Virus record (IMG/VR): IMGVR_UViG_3300006149_000003
Direction: 5' to 3' (one strand)
DNA from: a virus
Lineage: Duplodnaviria; Heunggongvirae; Uroviricota; Caudoviricetes
Length of the DNA stretch: 59,241 nt
A program made the translations under genes and the position numbers. The notes under the pieces were generated by a model, which had not been told where the DNA came from, made no database searches, and worked only from the letters and a program-made list of their open reading frames with translations. Positions 43,068 to 51,786 of the stretch are shown piece after piece (positions within the stretch are counted from its first letter, which is position 1; every line of letters starts with the position of its first letter).

Positions 43068-43490
43068 ATGGCAGATTTGAGTTTAAGAGACGCTTTGCTT
43101 ATTGCAGGCAGTGGCTCTGGCGGTAAAGATGGCGTTGGCATTGCTTCCTTAGAAATTAACGACAGTGGAGAGTTAGTCGTTACTCTGGATAATGGGCGAG
43201 TAAAAAATCTTGGCAGAATCGTCGGTGCGGATGGTGCAGTATATGTGCCCCATATCGACGATAAAAAAGTTCTTTCATTCACGATTGAGAAAGCGCCCGA
43301 CAAGGTTCCAGATCCTGTTGATCTAAATGGGGACGGTGTTAAACCCTCTGATGTAACAACGGACGAGGAAGTCAATGAAATGCTTGGAGAAGTCTTTGGT
43401 GAACAAAGTGGAGATGGCACCATAGACGAAAACCAGGTTGTCACCGATGCGGAGGTGGCAGAAATGTTGAAAGAAGTTTTCGGTCGTTGA
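43068..43490 (+). CDS. Tail-region protein with two TDxEVxEML motifs
   Basis: 140 aa; GKDGVGI...G.LVVTLDNG fibre-like repeat. Confidence 0.65.
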   Translation: MADLSLRDALLIAGSGSGGKDGVGIASLEINDSGELVVTLDNGRVKNLGRIVGADGAVYVPHIDDKKVLSFTIEKAPDKVPDPVDLNGDGVKPSDVTTDEEVNEMLGEVFGEQSGDGTIDENQVVTDAEVAEMLKEVFGR

Positions 43491-43542
43491 CCGTCAACTG
43501 ATAGAAAATACAAACCTATGACAAAACAAGGAGGAAAAGACA

Positions 43543-44325
43543 ATGAGTTACGATGTGAAGAAACTGACCAGACTACAGGATTTGAAGACCTTGGCGACCA
43601 CTATCAATGAAAACTTTGCTACTAAGGAAGAGATTGCCAGCCTTGCAACGTCGTTTAAGTCTGGTGAGGTGGCGGGTAATACCGTCAAGCTGTACACCAC
43701 CGAGGATAAGAGCGGCACCCCTGCGTTCAGCTTTGATTTCCCTACAGAGCTGTTCCTGGATCAGACTAAGACCCAGTTTGTGAGCGAGTTTGCTTTTGAT
43801 GCAGATACTTATGCTGGGGCGACCGACCCTAATCTGGAGGGCAAGCCTGTTATGGTTTTGGCCGTCAAGGGCGGGAGCGATGCGATTACCTACTCTTTCC
43901 TAAATATGGCCGCTCTGGTGGACACCTATAAGGCCAAGGCTGGTGATGGCACTGCTACCGTGACTGTGAGCGGCTATGAGATCAGCGTGGATGTGAATAT
44001 CTCCGCTGAGGCAAACAACGCCCTGGTGAAGAAAGACGATGGCCTGTATGTGCCTAAGTCCGATGTGGTTGATATCACTGGCAAGGCTGATAAGGTCGGC
44101 AGCGCTATCGCTGGCAACTTTGCCGGCCTGGATGCTAATGGCAATTTGACCGACAGCGGCAAGTCTGCTACTGATTTTTCTAAGGTTGAAGCAAGCACTA
44201 CCGCTGGTGCAATCAGCGTTGACGGTGCCGATGTGACCGTGGTGGAGATCGCCACTGATGCTGAGGTCAAGGAAATGCTGGATGAAATCTTCGGTGTTCC
44301 TGATACTCCGGAGGTTAGCGCCTAA
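43543..44325 (+). CDS. Fibre/whisker-like structural protein
   Basis: 260 aa; GKADKV, GNFAGLDANGNLTDSGK; C-terminal TDAEVKEML. Confidence 0.65.
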   Translation: MSYDVKKLTRLQDLKTLATTINENFATKEEIASLATSFKSGEVAGNTVKLYTTEDKSGTPAFSFDFPTELFLDQTKTQFVSEFAFDADTYAGATDPNLEGKPVMVLAVKGGSDAITYSFLNMAALVDTYKAKAGDGTATVTVSGYEISVDVNISAEANNALVKKDDGLYVPKSDVVDITGKADKVGSAIAGNFAGLDANGNLTDSGKSATDFSKVEASTTAGAISVDGADVTVVEIATDAEVKEMLDEIFGVPDTPEVSA

Positions 44326-44344
44326 TTTCAGATAATGGCTGTAT

Positions 44345-44374
44345 AAAGAGGAACGGCATATGCCGTTCCTCTTT
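44345..44374. terminator. Perfect 30 bp palindrome, likely terminator
   Basis: AAAGAGGAACGGCATATGCCGTTCCTCTTT. Confidence 0.7.
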
Positions 44375-44403
44375 TGTATTTAGGATAGGTGGAGGTGAAT
44401 CTT

Positions 44404-44829
44404 GTGGCAGTGAATAAGGTTCCATATTTGGAGCACTTGAAACAGTTTGGATTGCGGGAAAGCGCCTTGATCGGTCAGGTCGCTAAGACCGCCGCTGATG
44501 CAATCGAAGAGCAGGCGCAACAAATTGGCGCTTTGTCCGATAAAGTGGAAAATTTGCCCGGAATCTCTGGGGAAATTAGTCGCTCAGTCAATGCGACACT
44601 GACCGTTGCCGGATGGGAAAACAATCGTCAAATTGTTGAGATTGAGGGGCTAACTGCAAATCAAAATGGTGTAGTCGGTTTATCTCAAGACATTTCAACG
44701 GCGGAACGTGAGACTGTGGCAAGTGCGGAGCTGTATATCTGCGGCCAGGCCGATGGGTCTTTTACGGTTGCGTATGGTGGTGATAAACCGACATACGACA
44801 TCCCGATTACCCTTATCCTGCTCGATTAA
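44404..44829 (+). CDS. Tail-fibre adaptor-like protein (paralog 1)
   Basis: C-terminal domain similar to that of the next gene. Confidence 0.6.
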   Translation: MAVNKVPYLEHLKQFGLRESALIGQVAKTAADAIEEQAQQIGALSDKVENLPGISGEISRSVNATLTVAGWENNRQIVEIEGLTANQNGVVGLSQDISTAERETVASAELYICGQADGSFTVAYGGDKPTYDIPITLILLD

Positions 44830-44846
44830 CGAGAGGAGGAAGGAAT

Positions 44847-45251
44847 ATGAGCGCGACAAAAAACTATGGATTCTATCTCGAAGGAGATGATACCGCCAAG
44901 TTCAAAGAGTGGCGGGAAAAACTAAACGGCCTGGTCAATTCCAATATGGAGATGATTGATGAGGTCTTGGCTGAAAAAGCAATCAAAAGTCAGTCATTCC
45001 AGGCTTCATTAACATCTTCCGATTGGGTTTGGACAGGTTCAAAGTATTCACAGACTTTGGAAATCGAGGGGCTTACACCTGATACAAACGGCATTATTGG
45101 TGTTGGACAAAATCTTACACTTGAACAGACTGATGCTGTTTATATGGCAGAGCTGATGGTTGGCGACCAGACTGATGGTGCGCTAACCATTTTTGCTAAT
45201 GGTGATAAGCCCTATTGTGATATCCCAGTCATCATCATTCTTTTGGGATAA
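44847..45251 (+). CDS. Tail-fibre adaptor-like protein (paralog 2)
   Basis: W...QTLEIEGL...GDKP..DIP.I.ILL shared with the previous gene. Confidence 0.6.
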   Translation: MSATKNYGFYLEGDDTAKFKEWREKLNGLVNSNMEMIDEVLAEKAIKSQSFQASLTSSDWVWTGSKYSQTLEIEGLTPDTNGIIGVGQNLTLEQTDAVYMAELMVGDQTDGALTIFANGDKPYCDIPVIIILLG

Positions 45252-45269
45252 AGAAAGAAGGAGGTTACT

Positions 45270-47294
45270 ATGCCTATTATTGGAAATTTCCCGTCTGGCA
45301 GCGGCGGCAGCGGCGGCGGTCTTGCTCTGGCCGCAGTTTCGGGCATTCAGACATTGACAGCGGCGGGAAAGGTCTATGTTAAATGGACAGATCCTGACGA
45401 TCTGGTTGTTGCCGGTTCGCCTTTGGCAAGCTGGGGAGGAACCCTTTTGGTTCGCAAGGCGGGTAGTGCGCCGGTGAGCCGCAGAGACGGTACTGTCGTT
45501 TTAGACAGCAAGACCAGAAACGCTTATCAGAACAGCTATTTCTGTGATAGCGGTTTGACAGATGGTGTGGAGTATTTCTACAAGTTTTTCCCGTACACCA
45601 CTTCAAGTGCATATACAGATAGCGCCGACGATGAGTTTAGTGCGACGCCCAACCCTGTGGCGGTCGGTGATGTATCTGGAATTACTTTGGCAGCGGCGGG
45701 CAATGGGAAGTTGTCTATCAAGTGGACTGATCCTGCCGCTACTGTTGTTACTGACGGTGTTACCCGTGCGACCTGGGCGTCCACGATTGTGGTCGTGAAA
45801 GAGGGAAGCTATGCTGCCTCTCCCACCGATCCTGACGCCGCATATACCCATACCAGCACAACCCGCAACGGCCACTCAAGTACCCCGCTGGTGGCGACAG
45901 GGCTGAAGAATGGAACGACTTACTATGTCTCTCTATTCCCCATGTCTACAGACGGCAAAGCCAACACTAACGCCGCTAATCGCAAAACTGGTGTAGCGAA
46001 CAGGATGACGATTGCGAATGTCCCCAGTCAAAGTGGTAGTTTGACATTCCAAGAGAACACACCGCAGTCCCCGTCTTGGAGTAACTATAACACCGCACAG
46101 CTTACACTGGGCGGTGTGACCACAGGCACCAATGCCACGAGTTACAACGCCACCTTTACTCCGAAAGATGACTATATGTGGCCTGACGGTACTACAACGG
46201 CTAAGACTGTATCGTGGAGCATTGGTAAGGCGGCTGGCAGCTTAACTTTGAGTAAGAGTTCTGTAACCCTGAACACATCAAAGCTGAGTGACACTGTGAC
46301 TGTGACTCGTCCTGGTGATGGCGCAATCTCTGCTACATCCAGCAATACCAGTGTTGCAACAGTAAGCGTATCCAGCAATATCGTGACCATTAACCATGTG
46401 AATCAGACCACCGGATCAGCAACTATTACCATCAAGGTTGCAGCGGGAAGCAATTATACTGCTCCTGCTAATAAAACGGTTGAAGTGACAGCTCAGTTTA
46501 TGCCCGCAAAAGGGAATAAGCTGAACACCTATACATGGGAGCAAATCAAGCAAGTGTCTGATGCTGGTCTTGCAGCAAGCTATTGGAATGTTGGTGATAC
46601 CAAAACCATTAAGCTCAATGGTAAGGCGGGGAATTATACTTTCTCTAACCTCTCCGTTGATGTTTTTATTTTGGGCTTTAATCACAATAGTGCCAAGGAG
46701 GGAACAAATCGTATCCACTTCCAAATCGGAAAAATTAGTGGGAAAGATGTGGCACTTTGCGACAGCAAATACAACAACGAGCAAACTTCCGCTGGATATT
46801 TCCACATGAATACCTCCCGCACCAACAGCGGGGGATGGAACAACAGCGCGATGCGCAAGACGCTGTTGGGCAACAGCAATAGTCCGACCAGCCCCTTGGC
46901 GAACAGCCTGATGGCGGCGCTTCCTGCCGATTTGAGAGCAGTTATGAAGTCAGTGACGAAGTATACCGATAATACTGGCGGCGGCTCTAACACAGCAAGC
47001 TATGTGACTGCGACAACGGATTACCTGTTCCTTTTGTCTGAGTTCGAGGTTTTTGGAACCAGAAATTACGCAAACTCAGCAGAGCAAAACTACCAGCTTC
47101 AGTATGACTACTATAAGAGTGGAAACGCTAAGGTAGCTTATAATCACAGTGCGAACAGCACTGCTGTGTGGTGGTGGTTGCGTTCCCCCTATTACAGCGG
47201 CAACGACAATTTCTGTGCTGTGGACACCAGCGGCAACATCCGCACCACCCTTGCTTCCTGGTCGGCGGGTGTGCGCCCCGGCTTTTCTGTCTAA
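45270..47294 (+). CDS. DGR target: tail fibre / receptor-binding protein with Fn3 and Ig-like domains and a C-terminal DUF6273-like variable domain
   Basis: 674 aa; C-terminus WWWLRSPYY...VRPGF carries the VR. Confidence 0.85.
   Translation: MPIIGNFPSGSGGSGGGLALAAVSGIQTLTAAGKVYVKWTDPDDLVVAGSPLASWGGTLLVRKAGSAPVSRRDGTVVLDSKTRNAYQNSYFCDSGLTDGVEYFYKFFPYTTSSAYTDSADDEFSATPNPVAVGDVSGITLAAAGNGKLSIKWTDPAATVVTDGVTRATWASTIVVVKEGSYAASPTDPDAAYTHTSTTRNGHSSTPLVATGLKNGTTYYVSLFPMSTDGKANTNAANRKTGVANRMTIANVPSQSGSLTFQENTPQSPSWSNYNTAQLTLGGVTTGTNATSYNATFTPKDDYMWPDGTTTAKTVSWSIGKAAGSLTLSKSSVTLNTSKLSDTVTVTRPGDGAISATSSNTSVATVSVSSNIVTINHVNQTTGSATITIKVAAGSNYTAPANKTVEVTAQFMPAKGNKLNTYTWEQIKQVSDAGLAASYWNVGDTKTIKLNGKAGNYTFSNLSVDVFILGFNHNSAKEGTNRIHFQIGKISGKDVALCDSKYNNEQTSAGYFHMNTSRTNSGGWNNSAMRKTLLGNSNSPTSPLANSLMAALPADLRAVMKSVTKYTDNTGGGSNTASYVTATTDYLFLLSEFEVFGTRNYANSAEQNYQLQYDYYKSGNAKVAYNHSANSTAVWWWLRSPYYSGNDNFCAVDTSGNIRTTLASWSAGVRPGFSV
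47159..47286 (+). repeat. DGR variable repeat (VR)
   Basis: 128 nt aligned to 48227-48354; 16 mismatches, all opposite TR adenines. Confidence 0.96.
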
Positions 47295-47320
47295 TCTGCC
47301 GCAGTGTATCGGGTCTATAT

Positions 47321-47342
47321 CCCGCCCACGTCAGTGGGCGGG
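47321..47342. other. GC-rich hairpin downstream of the VR (target-recognition element)
   Basis: CCCGCCCAC-GTCA-GTGGGCGGG, perfect 9 bp stem. Confidence 0.7.
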
Positions 47343-47382
47343 TGCTCCGATAGAGGCAGAAAGTTTCGGTACGGAAAACAAT

Positions 47383-47401
47383 GTCGGCGCGAAGCGCCGA
47401 C
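47383..47401. other. Second hairpin downstream of the VR
   Basis: GTCGGCGC-GAA-GCGCCGAC, perfect 8 bp stem. Confidence 0.6.
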
Positions 47402-47535
47402 GCGATTTTTTGAAAAATGGGCTTTTTTGCAGTTTTCCAAAAAAGTGCTATCACTTGACAGGTTAAAGACTGCATACAAAGCATGAACGTCGCCCTATAA
47501 TATACCTTATACCAGTTAGATGGAGGTACGATAAT

Positions 47536-47742
47536 ATGGCGACAACCAAACGAGTGTTTACCCTGCGTCTGACTGATGACGTGTTTGATAAGATTGGTAC
47601 GCTTGCGGCGAATGAGCACCGATCCATGACAAATTACATCGAGTATGTCTTAATCAAGCACCTGGAACAAGTTGAGCAGGAGCGCGGGGTGATAGATACT
47701 AAAAAAGCAGTAGAAGAGGAGAAAAACAGTGTCGGTACTTAA
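47536..47742 (+). CDS. Arc-like ribbon-helix-helix DNA-binding protein
   Basis: 68 aa; VFTLRL..D...KI..LA..EHRSMTNYIEYVL. Confidence 0.8.
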   Translation: MATTKRVFTLRLTDDVFDKIGTLAANEHRSMTNYIEYVLIKHLEQVEQERGVIDTKKAVEEEKNSVGT

Positions 47743-48193
47743 AGCAAAGCGTACCACAAGCAAGGCGGAGTTTGTCAATACGGCAAACCAACTTTATGTG
47801 GAAACGCTAAATTTTCTTACAAGGCTGTCTGCAAGATATTCCAGATTGATTGCTGAGGATATCGCACATCTGGCCGGTGGAGTGGTGGATCAAGCTGAAA
47901 TGGCAAACAGTATCTACCCCTCAGACGACCAGAGAAAGACATTGCGCAAGGCACACCTGCTGGAAGCAAGGGCTTCTTTGAAAGCCTTGGATGTGCGGCT
48001 TACGCATTGCTATCTTCTTATGATGCAGAACCCAGAAGGATGCTTTACGAACAGTAAAGGCGTTCAGTTGAAATCTGCGGATGCGGTTGAGAAACTTGAT
48101 CGTATGGCGGAAAGTTTAGGGCTGCTGATCGACAAGGAAGATGAACTTCTCAGAGGTGTTACTAAGGCACTGGCACAAACTAAAAAGCAGTAA
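47729..48193 (+). CDS. avd: DGR accessory variability determinant (Avd-like four-helix bundle)
   Basis: 154 aa; immediately upstream of TR; helical and basic. Confidence 0.8.
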   Translation: MSVLKAKRTTSKAEFVNTANQLYVETLNFLTRLSARYSRLIAEDIAHLAGGVVDQAEMANSIYPSDDQRKTLRKAHLLEARASLKALDVRLTHCYLLMMQNPEGCFTNSKGVQLKSADAVEKLDRMAESLGLLIDKEDELLRGVTKALAQTKKQ

Positions 48194-48226
48194 TCGGTCT
48201 ATGGGTGTATTTCTGTAAATGAGTCA

Positions 48227-48354
48227 CACTGCTGTGTGGTGGTGGTTGCGTTCCCCCTATTACAACAACAACAACAATTTCTGTAATGTGAACAACAACG
48301 GCAACATCAACAACAACAATGCTTCCTGGTCGGCGGGTGTGCGCCCCGGATTTT
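48227..48354 (+). repeat. DGR template repeat (TR)
   Basis: 14 AAY codons; matches the VR at all non-A positions. Confidence 0.96.
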
Positions 48355-48571
48355 GCAATGTGCGAGGTCGAATGGTAGTAGCTTCGGCGAAGGACGACCT
48401 TTGCAAAAGGAGAAATACTTCCCTGGTGAAAGCCTAAAACGGCCCTTTGACGACCATGCACGGACGCTACTTGCATGGCGGGGGATTGCGTTAACCCCGT
48501 TTCATGTGTATGGTCAACGTAGTATTAGACACGCACCTACAAGACATCTATGCGGAGGGCGAATAAAAAAT

Positions 48572-49747
48572 ATGACAAGCGAAGAGCGCCGAGAGGCGCG
48601 TTATCAGCGCCGTCAGGCACGACGGCAGGCCAACAGGCAAGAGCGGAGTGATGCGGTAGGATCACTTAACGAAATCTACAACTACCACGATATGTTCTTC
48701 TATGGGAAGGAGTGCTGTAAGGGCGTTCGTTGGAAGCAGAGCACCCAAAACTTTGAAATGCACTTGCTTTCTGGAACGGCAAAGAGGCGTCAGATGGTGG
48801 TCAGCGGAAAGTGGAAACCACAGCCTTGTTCTCACTTTATGCTCTGTGAGCGAGGGAAGGTTCGCCCCATCGACGCCCCTCATATCGTAGACCGGCAAAT
48901 TCATAAGGTGGAAAGCAACAAGATCCTGATTCCACTGTATGAGCCAAGCATGATAGTTGATAATGCAGCCAGTCAGAAAAACAAGGGTTTGCATTGGCAA
49001 TTCCGTCGGCTTAAAGAACAGCTTGCGTGGCACTACCGGCGATATGGGCGTGAGGGTGCAGTGTTTCTTATGGATTTGAAGAAATTCTTTCCTAACGCCA
49101 ATCGTCGGTTGATTTACCAACGGCACAGTAAATTGATGCTTAACCCAGAGGTTAGAGCGTTTGCGGACTACATCGTTACTACCGCCCCAGCTACTGCTCC
49201 GGGGCGGGGTATGCCATTAGGCGTGGAACCGAGCCAACAAGAGATGGTGGCGTTGCCCAGTGCCATTGATAATTATATCAAGTGTCAGTTGGGAATCCAC
49301 TGTGCCGGCCATTATATGGATGATTATTATATCATCCTTCCTGATACCGAGGAATTGAAAAAGATTGCTCGTGGAATCGTAAAAATGATGGAGTCATATG
49401 GTATTCAAGTCAATCGGCGTAAATGCAAAATCGTTCCACTTGCCAGTCCGAAAGGATTCCGTTTCTGTAAAGCAAGGTTCACTCTGCTGGAAACGGGTAA
49501 AATCAAGGTCAACGGTAATCGGTGCGGGATGAAGAGCGCCCGCCGTAAGTTGAAGTTGTTCCATCGTGAATATTTGCAAGGCAAACGGACACTTGCTGAG
49601 ATAGATCAGTTCATGGAGTGCCAAACGGCGTACTATAAGAACTATAACGATCACGGTAGGCTGTTACGACTGCGGAGACTGCATTATGCAATCTTTGAAA
49701 AATATAGAAAGTTGGAACAACAAAAACAGCTTATGCAAACAGCTTAA
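48572..49747 (+). CDS. DGR reverse transcriptase
   Basis: 391 aa from ATG 48572 (RBS GGAGG); MDLKKFF, GMPLGVEPSQ, YMDD. Confidence 0.93.
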   Translation: MTSEERREARYQRRQARRQANRQERSDAVGSLNEIYNYHDMFFYGKECCKGVRWKQSTQNFEMHLLSGTAKRRQMVVSGKWKPQPCSHFMLCERGKVRPIDAPHIVDRQIHKVESNKILIPLYEPSMIVDNAASQKNKGLHWQFRRLKEQLAWHYRRYGREGAVFLMDLKKFFPNANRRLIYQRHSKLMLNPEVRAFADYIVTTAPATAPGRGMPLGVEPSQQEMVALPSAIDNYIKCQLGIHCAGHYMDDYYIILPDTEELKKIARGIVKMMESYGIQVNRRKCKIVPLASPKGFRFCKARFTLLETGKIKVNGNRCGMKSARRKLKLFHREYLQGKRTLAEIDQFMECQTAYYKNYNDHGRLLRLRRLHYAIFEKYRKLEQQKQLMQTA

Positions 49748-49760
49748 ATAAATAACAACG

Positions 49761-49790
49761 AACGTCTGAGGCGTATGTCTCAGGCGTTTT
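49761..49790 (+). terminator. Terminator after the RT gene
   Basis: AACGTCTGAG-N8-CTCAGGCGTT-TT. Confidence 0.6.
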
Positions 49791-49812
49791 GCTATGTTTG
49801 GAGGAATTTATT

Positions 49813-50211
49813 GTGGAGCACAGGAACTATGTTGCAAAAAGACGAGCCAGGTTCAAAGGGATTTCTGGTGAAGTCAATATTCCCTATGGCACGCATCTGG
49901 AGGCGTATGATGGTATCTTGACACTTGATGGAAAACCCGTGTGTGTTGCAACCAGTCAGAACGGCCTGGATTACTTTGCCCAAAACGATGACGGCCAGTG
50001 GGAGGAGCGGGGGAAGTTGACCATTGATATTATCTCTACATTGACAAAGAGAGACAATAAGTATCAGACCAGATGGGATAAGGTGGGTAACGACTCTGTT
50101 TGCAAGAAGTATCGCAGGAAAGAGCACGAAGACTTCTGGCTGTGGAGTCCTGATTTCTATACTGCCTCTATTGCGGATTTGCGGCATATCAAAGAGCTTA
50201 TCAATATTTGA
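49813..50211 (+). CDS. Hypothetical protein, 132 aa
   Basis: RBS GGAGG before GTG. Confidence 0.65.
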   Translation: MEHRNYVAKRRARFKGISGEVNIPYGTHLEAYDGILTLDGKPVCVATSQNGLDYFAQNDDGQWEERGKLTIDIISTLTKRDNKYQTRWDKVGNDSVCKKYRRKEHEDFWLWSPDFYTASIADLRHIKELINI

Positions 50212-50225
50212 AAGGAAGTGGTTAT

Positions 50226-50495
50226 ATGTATCAGGTCATTAAAGGCAATACGGTAATGGCTTATGTAGATCAGCCCGTTTTCATTCGCCTACACGAGAAT
50301 GGCTGCTATGTGCCCGCAACGGAAGAAGATGCTCAGGGGCTTTCTATTCAAAGCGTACCTTATCATATCCTTGGCAGAGATGAACTCCCTGGAGCGGTTG
50401 CTACTGTAGTAATCTCCAAGATTGACGGAGGCATCCTGGTTGCGGAGCAGAAGCAAGTTATTGACGGGCTGATTGTAAACATTTTGGAGGGTTGA
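50226..50495 (+). CDS. Hypothetical protein, 89 aa
   Basis: RBS AAGGA. Confidence 0.65.
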   Translation: MYQVIKGNTVMAYVDQPVFIRLHENGCYVPATEEDAQGLSIQSVPYHILGRDELPGAVATVVISKIDGGILVAEQKQVIDGLIVNILEG

Positions 50496-50498
50496 GCT

Positions 50499-51077
50499 AT
50501 GGACAAAAACTATATTGCGCAGCTGTACAATGATAAGGTTCTAACCAGTGTCGGTGTGCTGAACGCTATTCAAAAGGGCTGGATCACTACGGAGGACGCT
50601 GTTGAAATTTTGGGCAGTGACACAGCGCTTGATACGATTCGGACAGCGAAGCTGCTGGAAATCTCCAAAGCGTGCAATGCTGTCATTGTGGCGGGTATTG
50701 ATGTGCAGATTGGTGAGCGAACCGATCACTTCAATCTGGCTCTGGAGGATCAGAGCAACATCAACAACCTATTCCGAGTGGTTGAGCTGGGAGGCACCGA
50801 GTTCCCCTATCAGGCGGATGACGGCACCTGTACGGTCTATTCTGCACAGGAGATCGCGCAAATCTACATTGCGGCCCAAGGCCACATCACATCCCAGACC
50901 GCATATCACAATGCACTCAAGGCGTATGTAAATTCACTGGAAACCAGTGAAGAAATCACCACAATTCAGTACGGAATGACTCTCCCCGATCCTTATGCCA
51001 CTGAACTGGCGGACAAGCTGGCAGTCGCTCAGACGCAAATGCAGGCCATTGTTGCACGGCTGGGTGAGACTACATGA
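50499..51077 (+). CDS. DUF4376-like tail fibre assembly protein
   Basis: 192 aa; LLEISKACNAVI..G...DQSNI...YQAD. Confidence 0.65.
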   Translation: MDKNYIAQLYNDKVLTSVGVLNAIQKGWITTEDAVEILGSDTALDTIRTAKLLEISKACNAVIVAGIDVQIGERTDHFNLALEDQSNINNLFRVVELGGTEFPYQADDGTCTVYSAQEIAQIYIAAQGHITSQTAYHNALKAYVNSLETSEEITTIQYGMTLPDPYATELADKLAVAQTQMQAIVARLGETT

Positions 51078-51253
51078 GCGGAGTTGAACTGATTTCAGAA
51101 CTGACGGATATTTGCATCCGTCAGGCTGAGATCATCAAAGCACAAGCCTATGTGTTGGAGCAGTTTGGCGCTGAGGTTATGGAAGAGGAGAGATTGAAAG
51201 AACTGAACCGTCTTCGCAGTATTGCCGGAACGTGGGAGGAGGATGCACTATGA
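51074..51253 (+). CDS. Small hypothetical protein, 59 aa (below the ORF-track cutoff)
   Basis: MSGVELISELTDICIRQAEIIKAQ...; ATGA overlaps at both ends. Confidence 0.7.
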   Translation: MSGVELISELTDICIRQAEIIKAQAYVLEQFGAEVMEEERLKELNRLRSIAGTWEEDAL

Positions 51254-51696
51254 AAAGAGAACAGGTAGGAAAATGGGTGCTGTCCCTGCTTCTGTGGATG
51301 TGGACTGGCGGGCTGTATTTCTTTATGGAAGTCGCGTGGAAGACATTCCAGGGCAGGCCAGAGACGATTTCTTGGACGATGTTTGCGCTTGCTATTTTCC
51401 TGGCTATTCCGCTGGAGCGGTTTGGAGCAGAATTGCCTTGGAGTATGCCTCTGTGGATGCAGGCTGTAATTTGTGCTACAGCGATTACTGCTGCGGAGTT
51501 CGTAGCTGGTCTTATCCTCAATATCTGGCTGGGGCTGGGGATTTGGGATTATTCTCACTTGTTTGGAAATATTCTGGGTCAAATTTGTTTGCCGTTCTAT
51601 TTTATCTGGATTGCGGCCTCAGCTGTGGGGATTGTCATGCTGGACTGGATGCGATATGCGGTAGAGGGCGGAGAAAGACCGCGATACACATTCTAA
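51250..51696 (+). CDS. Four-TM membrane protein (putative ABC-permease / CmpB-like family)
   Basis: GGLYFFMEV..RGR...WDYS....NILGQIC. Confidence 0.7.
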   Translation: MKREQVGKWVLSLLLWMWTGGLYFFMEVAWKTFQGRPETISWTMFALAIFLAIPLERFGAELPWSMPLWMQAVICATAITAAEFVAGLILNIWLGLGIWDYSHLFGNILGQICLPFYFIWIAASAVGIVMLDWMRYAVEGGERPRYTF

Positions 51697-51735
51697 TTAC
51701 AGAATGAAACTACTATTTGCTAACCATTTCTTTTG

Positions 51736-51768
51736 AGAGCTGCACCTTTTTCGGGTGCAGCTCTTTTC
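51736..51768 (+). terminator. Intrinsic terminator
   Basis: AGAGCTGCACC-N7-GGTGCAGCTCT-TTT. Confidence 0.75.
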
Positions 51769-51786
51769 ATATAGGAGGTGAGGGAT

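Larger units (their letters stand above)
45270..49747 (+). mobile_element. Diversity-generating retroelement (target/VR, RHH regulator, avd, TR, RT)
   Basis: All components present; VR/TR differences only at adenines. Confidence 0.96.

Noticed and set aside
48219-48437. 72 aa Asn-rich ORF and AAC tandem repeats
   Set aside because: This is the DGR template repeat read in frame, not a gene or microsatellite
48353-48571. N-terminal extension of the RT ORF
   Set aside because: Covers the TR-RT spacer RNA; the RBS-supported start is ATG 48572
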